Assembly: GCA_003614675.1 (NCBI GenBank)
Contig: ML002309.1
Coordinates: forward strand, 1 to 44,278
Direction of reading: 5' to 3'
Source: Dimargaris cristalligena
Taxonomy: Eukaryota
DNA: 44,278 nt
Shown here: positions 1-9,870 of the stretch, one piece after another
Numbering within the stretch: position 1 is the first letter of the stretch
Layout: the number at the start of each line of letters is the position of its first letter
Program-made: the position numbers and the translations under genes
Notes under the pieces: generated by a model
The model's input: the letters and a program-made list of their open reading frames with translations, nothing else
The model's database searches: none
Told to the model about the DNA's origin: nothing

Positions 1-501
1 AAAGAATGGGTTAAAAGGAAAGGGAAAAAAACTGGATATACCAGATAAAAAAGCCGCTTCATACCTTATATATAAATATAATAATCAAATAGTAATAATT
101 CATACCTGTGGCAATCAAGGGGACACTCCACCTTGCCACACCAGTTATATATGCATGGGGGACTACTCCAAGGGAGGCCCTGAGGGGAAACTACATAACT
201 AAGCTAATAATAGGGAGGGCCGGGTGGTCCTCATAGGAGCGGAGGCTTCCATGGGAACTGGAAGACACTAAGATTACCTAGGAGTGAGTAGTGCAAACTC
301 TGGGAGGGTCCAGCCTAGGAGAGGATATATATGATGTCCGGCCCATTAGGACTGGGGGTACAATATGGCACTATATGGCCCGTTAGGATAGCAATCATTT
401 AGCGGACAATTAGGTCAGATTAGGAGGGGCAACAAGTTAAATAACTCATGAAGATACCCTACTTCCATTAATATTTCCAGCCTTTAAACCTAGTACGGAC
501 A
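1..501. repeat. Possible end of a CpG-depleted repeat (LTR- or transposon-like), truncated by the window edge
   Basis: Only about 7 CpG counted by eye in 500 bp of moderately GC-rich DNA, with many TpA/TAG. The segment ends in ...GTACGGACA (TGT... on the minus strand), resembling an LTR terminus. No coding signal and no second copy in the window. Confidence 0.25.
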
Positions 502-687
502 TTTTATGAGTCTTAAAGCTATATTATCCCAGTAAAATGGAATGCTTAAATGCCCTTGCAATCAACCACTTGCTTATGGGACCAGCTGGTATGATGTTTC
601 ATGGTGAGAGCCAGGCAGTAGTGTGACAAGACTCTTTGGATTAAATACAGTATACTAAGTTCATTTTTCGCATGTATATGTACCAGT

Positions 688-1745
688 CTGGTTGACTCTT
701 TCCTTTGAAAAGTTGTCAAACTCTATTCTGCCGTACATATATACTATGCATGCAATCTACTTTATGAGGCCATTCGGGCCACTTCCGGGGGGCTACTATT
801 AAGCCACTGTCCGTAAAAATCCAGGCCAAGCACAAGTCAACTTTAGAACACCTCATACCAATGACAATACCACAAATAGTATTTTTGTCTGTTGAGGTTA
901 TATAAATATGACTGTCCTCGATATCAATCGGAGTACTAGGCCAAGTGTCCCCAGACGGCTATTGTAAGTAACGGACAATACCATACCTGACCGCAATCGA
1001 CACTCCCCGTTTATCAGACGACAAATTTATTATGTACATTCGTTCTAGACCTCGCTAAATTAATATATTGGGATTATTTTTACGCTCCCGTTCAATATAG
1101 CTCTGCCAGTCGTTTTTAATCGTGAGCCCTTCGGACTAGTAAGGTATGGGCATCGAAACCTCTAAACCAAGGTTTTTGCAAATGCATCAGAACTAGCCCG
1201 TTTAAATCATTCTTATAGCTTATTTCCGGCGAGAATACAAACCCACGCGCAACACACATTATTTAATACGCCTGAACTAATTTGTCTTCTGCAGCCATAG
1301 CCAACAAAGGGACTTAAGCCAGCGTAGTAATGAACTGCAGTTTAAAGTGACCAGTTCCGTCATTTTGACCTGATCCTAGTTACAGGCAGTGAACTCCAGC
1401 CTTGCAGCCATTCGGACCTCTCCTCACGGATAGTTTGGCTCAGACCGCTAACTACTAAAGGGCCCATTGGCCCTACTTGGCATATACGGGCGTTTACCGA
1501 GCCAACTCATGTTATTCCCTACCATGTCAGGTTACGACGCACCTCAAGGCTCCTAGTGAAATAGTCAAAACCACTACATTTGTTGAACAGCGTATCCTCG
1601 GTAGTGACTAGTGGATCCAAGTGAGACGGGCCAATGTTAATCAGTGCGTTCTCTCCATAGAAAATCGCCTGATCATCTAATAAACCGTTAGTCCTAAATT
1701 GAGCCTCGCCTGTATTTATACAGTGCTGAGTGACACCCCCTTCAC
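688..1745 (-). pseudogene. Decayed gene remnant, paralog A of the 4752-5590 segment
   Basis: Colinear nucleotide similarity to 4752-5590, e.g. TTAAGCCACTGTCCGT..AAATCCAGGCCAAGC and TTTAAAGTGA..AGTTCC.TCATTTTGACCTGA. Shared minus-strand peptides (QFRTNG..FYGENAL, QVKM.EL.TL, SPEI.YKN.LN, LGLDF.GQWLNSSP) are interrupted by stops and frameshifts. Confidence 0.6.
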
Positions 1746-2235
1746 AGTACCAGGCTTGGGTAGCTGCCAAACCGCTTTGGCTTCTTTCTCAGACTGCTTT
1801 GAGGCCACAATGACGGGACCCACCTTGCCATATTTAGGGGTGCTCGAGAATTCAGACTGGCTGGTTGTGAGGGCGCTGGAACTCATGGTGGATGCTGAGA
1901 AGAATCTCAGGAAATATATACTGCCGATTGTCGAGGTATTTGGATTTAGCAGTGAACATGATAATGTATTTATTTAAAAATAAAAATAAAATCAGAAAAT
2001 ATGGACTTCAATGAGTAAACAATTGTCAGTTATCCTTCGCGGGATTCTAGCGTATTGCAAATGCCAATTCGAATAAGTCAGAAATGACAATTACGTTGTA
2101 AGGTTAAATACAAAAGGATGAGAAGCAAAGCTACCACATATGTCTATTGGATCTACATCAACGATAAAATAAATTATAAGTCATTAATCGCAGCAATGTT
2201 ATAAATGGAATCCGGCATAATAGACGTTGGCAGGA

Positions 2236-2797
2236 TCAAAGCATGCCAAGTATAGAACCGATGAATAAGCCACGGGCGGGACGTGGTATCAGTCGCTGAT
2301 AAACAGGCATGGTGTGCTGGATGGCACTACATATACTCAATTCCAAACAGTTCCCCTTGCCTAAACGTCTATATATGGTTGAGATTCGGACCAACTGTAT
2401 AAGGGTATCATCCTTGCTGGTAAGACGAAATAGGCGGGTGATTAAATTATAATTAGTAATATGTGCCTCATCGAACAGATTTTTCATTATACAACCTAGT
2501 TGAACCCCTCCCATATTGATATCACCCCTCGTGTTCCCTTTTGAAAACTTTCTAGTCGAGGCGACTCCCGCGGCTGCGTTGAAGAGAAAGCCTGTCCTGT
2601 AGATTTTGATAAGGAACTAATGCATAGAGATTGTCCATCGAAGCAGCCATTTCTCCCATGAAACCAGGGATTAGCTCCAATCGAGTAATAGGTAGTTCAT
2701 CAATGGACGACAAAGCCGTACGGGTGGAGACTAACAGCCGATAGGATGATCGGGTGGGAAAAGCAGTCGGGGCAGGATTAGTGGAATGGGAAACCAT
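2236..2797 (-). pseudogene. Possible fragmented hypothetical gene (two protein-like ORFs in different frames)
   Basis: ORFs 2552-2797 and 2236-2514 have globular, helical-looking composition and lie 37 bp apart on the same strand. No family recognised. Confidence 0.25.
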
Positions 2798-3580
2798 CTC
2801 AACTAGATTTGTGCAGTTGCTCCTTTTCGAAAGCCAGCTGGGCGGATATCGCGTAAAATGAGGGATATTTGATTCATGTTATCCTATTGTTACGATCAGT
2901 CCGAGTGGGACTAGGACCTGCCATGGCAACCATGTAGGGTTTCGAGTGGGATGATGACTAGGCATGCAGAATTAGATATAAAGTTTAAAATAGTATTTTA
3001 ATAAGACATAAGGTTTGCCGGGTGATGTAAATCTATATCTAATTTATACCTTGGACTAATCAATGTAATAATGAGGCCGATAGCCGCTCCTCGTCCTTTG
3101 GGCGTTGCATTTATGCTGAGAGAATCAGGTGATCTCGACGTCACTAGTAGGGTCGATTTCTCCCCATGGTTGCACTATGTGCCTAACCCCTACCAGTCGC
3201 AGTATTTTCTAAATAGGTGGGCGATCTGGGGTAATTGATCGCCAAAGTTGATCCTATAATTTAATGAAGTCGGGCGTAACTGCACGAAGAACCAATTGGG
3301 CCGCCAGTTAACAAAGTACCCGATTTACCCCACCAACGACTAACCTATGTACATGGCTTTGGTGAGATGGGGCCAGGTTATATTCGAGGATATCGAGATG
3401 GGCGCTAAAACTAGGGAGTGGCTTTGGATGCCCTACGTAAGTCATGCCGGAAACGATTTTCATATTGGGGATAGGACTGGGCGATTAACTAGGGTAATCC
3501 CGGCTTTCATACCTATTGCACATCCCTAAATTCCGATACTCCAAGACTCAACAGCAGGCCACAATAGGTTATTTGGGGGG

Positions 3581-3587
3581 TATATAA
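3581..3587 (+). promoter_or_regulatory. TATA box of the secreted-protein gene
   Basis: TATATAA about 190 bp upstream of the ATG at 3773, followed by a pyrimidine-rich leader. Confidence 0.45.
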
Positions 3588-3772
3588 CCAGGCCTGTCCT
3601 CCTCTGTTTAGTTACATCGCATCCAGTGGTACACCTATCATTCCAGCGCTCCCTTGTCCCTCACTCCCCCCCTCTCCCGACCATACTATTCACTTCGGCC
3701 ATAATTTAATTAACGACCACTCTGGTATTCTCATTCCAGTCTTTCTTTCAAGGCCATAGTCTCTTTTTAATC

Positions 3773-4192
3773 ATGAAGTTCAACCTGTCCTTTTTCATCA
3801 TCACTATCCTAGCCCCTACCCTTGGGTCAGCCGCACCAGTGGCCCCCGAAGTTCCCCAAAATCCCTCTGAACTGCTCAAACGTACGCCCGTCGCCTTCCA
3901 TCCCTGCGATCTAGCCCCATCGCAGGTTCCACTAAGTCGCCGAAAGCATTCCAACCACTCCCGCGAACATCGCCATCATTCAGTTCCATTAATCGACTCT
4001 GACCAATACAACCGCTTGTCTAGGCGGACTCCGTCTCCAGTGCCCCTTTCGAAACAGCCCCAACATAAAAATGCCAGCGTAAGCAAAGGAACCAACCGTA
4101 GCTCTGCTCACACAAAAGGAATTCCGAAGAAAAACTCGCACGTTAGCATATTAGTATACAATTCACCAGTTCCTTTCACAGTCCAATTTTAG
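3773..4192 (+). CDS. Small secreted protein, putative Kex2-processed peptide precursor (139 aa)
   Basis: Signal peptide MKFNLSFFIITILAPTLGSA followed by APV. Dibasic sites LLKR, LSRR, LSRR. Upstream TATA box. Confidence 0.75.
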   Translation: MKFNLSFFIITILAPTLGSAAPVAPEVPQNPSELLKRTPVAFHPCDLAPSQVPLSRRKHSNHSREHRHHSVPLIDSDQYNRLSRRTPSPVPLSKQPQHKNASVSKGTNRSSAHTKGIPKKNSHVSILVYNSPVPFTVQF

Positions 4193-4751
4193 TCTACGGA
4201 ACCAGGTTGATTGATAACCTCCACGCTTTAATGTACTGAAATCCTACCGAACCCGCTCTCGTCCTTGTCTTGTTGAGATGAGTGTCCAAAGTCTATTTTA
4301 CTTTGCCGTTAGTTGACATACACATTCCTAGCCTACTGTTATATGCCCCCTACTACATTGCTTATAGTATTTTTGACAGCTCTTTTTTTGCCTGTAAACA
4401 TCCTCTGTACAAGTTATTATTTCCACCACTGCTTATTAATGATGGCAGATAATTTCACAATTAGAATTGAATAAAAACCCAATTTCACGAACGATTGTCC
4501 ATTAAATTACTCATGAATATGCTCTGATTTCACCATTAAAACCGGTCTTTAAACCCCCCGTTGATAAACGCCATGGGCCCCACAGTTATTGAATCCGAGT
4601 GAAATGGCACAGTTAAATGACTATATAGTCGAATATCTGACTATGGGGCCCACGGGTACCTCATCCCCTTGAGAGGGCCAGAAAAGAATATGAGTAGTCC
4701 CTTCGAATCTAACCTTTTTAATCAAATCCATTCGAGGCTTATTTATGTAGC

Positions 4752-5590
4752 CTGGTTGGGTATTTTTCTCGTTGAGTTGTTTGGCTCTATTCTGCTGTAT
4801 ATGTAGACTGCGCGGAATCTACCTTGCAAGACCTTTAGGGACAATCTTTGGGGGCTGCTGTTAAGCCACTGTCCGTGGAAATCCAGGCCAAGCGCGAGCC
4901 TACGTCGGATTACCGCATACCACGGAGAATACTCCACGGACTATTTTTGCCCCATGGGTTTATACATATATGCATGAGTGTCCTCGTTATTATCAGGATA
5001 CTAAACCGGGCTTTCCTAAATGGTACTTATTAGTACCGAACAATGCCGGATCTGGTCTTAATTGATACTCCCCATTTATCGAACATCGACTTTAACCACG
5101 TGCCAATATTCCCTCGAGATCAAGCTAAAGTAGTATATTGGGGTCTTTTGTTATCTCGTTCAATCCAGCCCAGTCAGTTGTCACTAATTGTGCGCCCCTG
5201 GGACTGGCATGGTACCCACATCGCAACCACTGTGCTAGTAGTATTAGCTAATCATTTTTGAATCAGTCTGTTTAATTCATTCTTGTAAGCTATTTCCGGA
5301 GATGGTGTATTTGAATGAGCCATGCGCCCAAACTGCGTCTGCTTCTTTGGCCATAGGTAGCAGAGGGATTCAAGCTGGTGTACTAGTAGGCTGTGCTTTA
5401 AAGTGATGAGTTCCATCATTTTGACCTGAAGTCACCCACAGTCAGTGAGCATTAGTCTTGTAACCTTACCAGCCTCTCCTCGAGGACTGTATAGGCCAGG
5501 GCGTTTTCTCTGTAAAAAACACCTAAACGTTTGCTCGGCCTTTAGTCCCGAATTGACCTTTGTTTATATTTCCCCGACTGTGTGGACACT
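4752..5590 (-). pseudogene. Decayed gene remnant, paralog B of the 688-1745 segment
   Basis: Same homology blocks as paralog A. Lacks roughly 200 bp that are present in A (about 1430-1645). Contains internal stops. Confidence 0.6.
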
Positions 5591-6053
5591 GAGGCGGTGT
5601 ATTATTATCCTATGGGTATATTGGGTATCATTTTCTGTCCTTCGTGCTTTTTAAGCAAGGCCGGCCTAGGTTTTAATATGGGCCATAGTCTAGTCGGACA
5701 CCACAGCCAAAAGAATTTTCAGTCAATTTAGAACGAGAAATCCCCAATAATGGCAGATTGGCATATATCCGACCACTCCCTGAAAAAGCCGAGCGGGATT
5801 TTTCCAGAGAAGGAGTAGCTGGATATATCAGCTATTATATGGAACCGATAACGCCCTTTCCAACTTTATGGTGTTGGATATCCGTATTATAGTATTTCTG
5901 CCCTTACTTCCAGTTTAAACTTCGACCATGGGTTGTTGCCCTTTAGTCTGGGGACATGCCAAAGTTAACGGAGCGTGCGCGCCACTCCTTGTTTTTCATT
6001 TGCCCTTCTCCCCACTTCCTTATTGACTTCACCTTACTACTTTCTCTTACTAC

Positions 6054-7589
6054 ATGGACGGCTTGTTCCAATTCCGGGTTCATTTCGTGCAATGGCCTGT
6101 CCTCAGGCCCTCCCAACCACCCGCCCGCTTGGAAGTCACCGGCTGGCTGGGCGACCAGTCTCAACGAAGCCAATGCGGGTACTCTCACATGCCCGCATCA
6201 CCCATGTCCCACTGGAGAGCCCCAGTCTCTCCGGGTGCCCCACCTCCGCACTGGTGCTGGTCCCTATGTTTAAATCGGGACCACCTCCATCTACCCCACC
6301 CTTTCCTCCGCATCGACATTAGTCGGGTTCCGAATCTACCCCATACGGATGTGGACCTATCTATTTCGCCCCACATTGAATCGGACCCCCGCACAGTGTG
6401 GTCACCTAAGCCAGCCGAACCGCCCTCTACGATAATGGCGAGTCTCCAGCTGGACCTCCGGGAACTCAGCGGACCCTTCCGAGACCACCGGGTGATCTGG
6501 CGACTAGCGGATAGTATGTCCCCGGGAGCGGAGGCCAACCACTTCCGACGGGATATCCTGGAACTGGCGCTATCGCTTGAACCCATGCTGGATCGAGAGA
6601 GGGATTATCATCCCCATAGACCTATGCCCATTTCCACACCAGGCAGTTACGCCAGTTCTAGTCAAACGGAGCCATTGCCAACGCCCCGCCAACTAACCCC
6701 GCGGCCTTGTTCGGATAGCCACCATCCCCTCCTCGATATCTATATTCACATCCACGCCTTGGCCCTGCGCATTTCGCCGGTTCGGGCGGTCTACATTCGT
6801 TATCAACACCCTATGCTCGGCGTATCCGTTCCCATTATTACGTTCCCACCCATTGACATGGTCGAGACGCCGGCACCGGTGCACGGACGAATTAATAGGA
6901 GCGGCCATAACAACCAAGGACCAACCGCCATACCGGCTACCATCATCGCCAATGGTAGTCGGACTTTTGCCTCTGGCCTGGACCATCTCCAATTAATAAC
7001 CCAATGGAAACGGACTCCTTTGAAATTCCAAGTGTATTCGAAGCCGACCCCCACGGAACACCGGTATATCGGCTATGTTCGGATCCGCTACCCCGCCCGC
7101 CCCTCTACCAAGCGCTTACCGGCCCGGGAAGGCAACTCAGGGACGGGTGACCTCCCGGGGTACGCTAACCTACGTAGCCGCAAGGAAATGGCCTTCCACT
7201 CTTATCCGGTCATTGGTTGTACCGTTGGTCCCGACGGCCAGCGCCAAACTCTGGTGGTCGGCCAACTAACGCTGGGTCTGAAAATCACCGAGTCGGACCC
7301 TATTCCGTCCACCCCATCGCTTCCAATATCAATAGTTAATTCCGGCGGTACATTGACTCGATTGGCCCCTTCGAACGGGGATGTCAGCCCCCCATCGTCC
7401 ACCGACTGTGAAATCTCGGCGGCAAGTCAGTACACCCGGGTACTGACCGATCACCTCGCCCGAGTGGTAGAATTGGAGCAGGCATATCAGACTACACTTG
7501 GTCAATACACCGGCTACGAGACCACGGATCAAATGACCCGGGGGACTATATCGGCTAATGAAAGGCGTATCCGCGACTGCCGGATGTAA
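6054..7589 (+). CDS. Two-C2-domain protein resembling the N-terminal half of centriolar C2CD3 (511 aa)
   Basis: Long GC-rich ORF. Beta-rich block 1 runs FQFRVHFVQW...VTGWLGD...LELALSLEP. Block 2 runs LDIYIHIH...VYIRYQHP...ITQWKRTPLKFQVYSK...IGYVRI...GQLTLGLKI. Short helical C-terminus. The CDS itself is well supported; the family call rests on recalled motifs. Confidence 0.55.
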   Translation: MDGLFQFRVHFVQWPVLRPSQPPARLEVTGWLGDQSQRSQCGYSHMPASPMSHWRAPVSPGAPPPHWCWSLCLNRDHLHLPHPFLRIDISRVPNLPHTDVDLSISPHIESDPRTVWSPKPAEPPSTIMASLQLDLRELSGPFRDHRVIWRLADSMSPGAEANHFRRDILELALSLEPMLDRERDYHPHRPMPISTPGSYASSSQTEPLPTPRQLTPRPCSDSHHPLLDIYIHIHALALRISPVRAVYIRYQHPMLGVSVPIITFPPIDMVETPAPVHGRINRSGHNNQGPTAIPATIIANGSRTFASGLDHLQLITQWKRTPLKFQVYSKPTPTEHRYIGYVRIRYPARPSTKRLPAREGNSGTGDLPGYANLRSRKEMAFHSYPVIGCTVGPDGQRQTLVVGQLTLGLKITESDPIPSTPSLPISIVNSGGTLTRLAPSNGDVSPPSSTDCEISAASQYTRVLTDHLARVVELEQAYQTTLGQYTGYETTDQMTRGTISANERRIRDCRM

Positions 7590-7737
7590 TGCTAAAGGCG
7601 CCTATGGTCGTGGTGAGGGACTGTTTATATCAGGCAGTATTTATCCTATCTGTATCGTTAATTTCATATACGCATCGCCCGGATTCTAGTATTAAATTTC
7701 GACCTGCTGGTCCAGGAAGAATCGTGTGCTCTAGCAT

Positions 7738-7777
<40 letters not shown>
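7738..7777. repeat. Compound (CA)n(TA)n microsatellite
   Basis: Read directly from the sequence. Confidence 0.95.
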
Positions 7778-8220
7778 CTAATATTTACACTGTACTTAAA
7801 TAAATCAACAGTCTTATATCAAAATCGATATGGCTTAGGTTGGTCCGCTTTTATTACGATGTTGGTTTCAATTTGGTTTGCTTCTCTCAGAGTGAGGCTG
7901 GCGACCATATTGGAAGGATGGGTGGTAGTTTTGCATGGTAGAATGATAGAATTGGGATCAATGAGTGAACGTGAATGCCGCCCATTAATAAGTGTATTAT
8001 TATTTTTTTGAAAAATATTTTGGTATATAATTATAAATAAAAATTAAGTCGAATGTTTAGGAGGGTGAGTTTTTTTATCAGCTAGGCGGTTAAGAGAATT
8101 ATAAGCGTGGAAATGAGCAGCGAGCAACTAATGAGGACCATACACTGGCTCAGCAAAATCTACGTTTGTAGGTGCCTCTGCGTTCCTGAGGGTAGGGAAT
8201 GAAATGACAAGCCCTTCTAA

Positions 8221-8898
8221 TTACTGGTAGGTGTTAAACAGGACTTGACTAGCGACATTGTCGGCTATTTCCTCGCTGGCCAGGTATTTAATGATCGCCA
8301 AGGCGAACTGGAAAGCGGTGTGGGGACCCCGACTGGTGATCAAATTACCGTCCACCACCACGGCCTTGTCGTCGCAGTACTTGTACAGGCCGTCGAACTC
8401 TGATTTCAAGCTGGGGTAGCTAGTGAGGCACAAGGGGCCTCTTGTTGCTTCATCTCCCGTCGTCTGCGCCGATGAAGACCGGCCGGCGGAGTCTAACCCG
8501 ATGCCCGCAGCCTTAATGATAGTGGGGGCGGCACAAATGGCCGCCACCAACTTGCCCTGGTCGTAGTACGATTTCAGCAAACTCGTCGCAGTGCGGTTGG
8601 CACAGAAGGCCTGGGCGCCTTTCAAGCCACCCGGCATGATAATGGCATCGAAGCGGTCCATTTCGGCGGTGGGGGCGTGGCCACGGGGACTGGCGTTGGG
8701 GTTGGGGTGGGACTGGTCCAGGATTTGGTCCGGGGTCAGTTGGACCCCGCTGGTCAACTCAACGACGTCACGGCCCTTGAGGCCCATGGCACCTAGCGTG
8801 ACATTTAAACCAGCGCGGCGGAGTAGGTCGACGGTGGTGACGGTTTCGATGGCTTCGGTCCCGTGGGTGACGAGGACGAGGGCTTTAGCAATAGACAT
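8221..8898 (-). CDS. DJ-1/PfpI family protein (DJ-1/YajL-type deglycase/glyoxalase), 225 aa
   Basis: KALVLVTHGTEAIETVTTVDLLRRAG (catalytic Glu), DAIIMPGG, AAICAAP (catalytic Cys), VVVDGNLITSRGP. The first in-frame ATG is at 8898; the ORF-track start at 8955 is non-ATG. Confidence 0.95.
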   Translation of the reverse strand: MSIAKALVLVTHGTEAIETVTTVDLLRRAGLNVTLGAMGLKGRDVVELTSGVQLTPDQILDQSHPNPNASPRGHAPTAEMDRFDAIIMPGGLKGAQAFCANRTATSLLKSYYDQGKLVAAICAAPTIIKAAGIGLDSAGRSSSAQTTGDEATRGPLCLTSYPSLKSEFDGLYKYCDDKAVVVDGNLITSRGPHTAFQFALAIIKYLASEEIADNVASQVLFNTYQ

Positions 8899-9870
8899 GA
8901 TGGTGGCGGGGGAGGGAGGAGGAGAAGGAGGGTACAAAGGTGGGGCGAGTGGCACAAAACTCGGGAAAGAGGTAGGAAGGCGGGGGTGACAAGTGGTGTA
9001 CGTAGAATAAGGTTGTAGAATATAAGACAGTCGAAACCGGTGGGGAATAGGACTCGGGGGAAGGTTGGGGCGGGGCTTTTATAGCTTCATTGTCTCTCTC
9101 TCTCTCTCTCTTGCCCAGATGTTCCTCCCCACAGTACTCTATGGTCTTTGGATGGAAGCTCTCTCCCAACATCAGCAACCCCGGGATATTCCCCTGGATA
9201 TATCAAACCCGGTTGGTTTACCCTGTACCCGGTTTATCCCATGCGACGTCAGCTCCCTGCTTCGTCTGCCGCCTTTCAGAGCGGTATATTCTCATGTGAG
9301 GCCTCTAACCTACACAGATTCACCGCCTACCAGAATGGCCATAGTCAACACTCAACCCATCCCCCCTTCCAGACCCTGGTATACTCCCCCACAACATATT
9401 CCTCTTTTAGGATATATTATTACATGGCACAGCCAACTGCGCCCCAGCACAGTTCGATATTAAGGCAGTTTTGATTTGATCCTGCCTGAGGATGTTTAAT
9501 AGGTTTATCTCGACAGCATTAATAGCCGAAATAGGGCTGCACAGAAGGCAGCGTCCAAGTACTGGGGCTGGGTAAAATATGTAGGAGTGCGGTGCGTTGA
9601 GGGGATACTTTCCCACTCTATTTCTGTAGATACTTGCATGTTCGAGAACCACCGTGGCCATCTCTGGTAATGAATTGGTCCCCGGAAGGATAGTAAGACG
9701 CCTCCCTTCTTCTCAGTTCCCTTCTATTCCTGCATCTTGTAGGGTTACGGTTGTCGCTTTCCCTTTTTGTCTCTGTCATCGTAAATATATATTTATATAT
9801 AAAACAAATGAATCAAACCGTATCCTTAGCCAAGACGTCGGTGCCGGAAGGACCTGTCACCACGGGGTGC

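Noticed and set aside
7589-8011. ORF overlapping the upstream stop as TAATG (possible translational coupling)
   Set aside because: AT-rich and runs through a microsatellite (HTHT/IYIY); it looks like 3' UTR.
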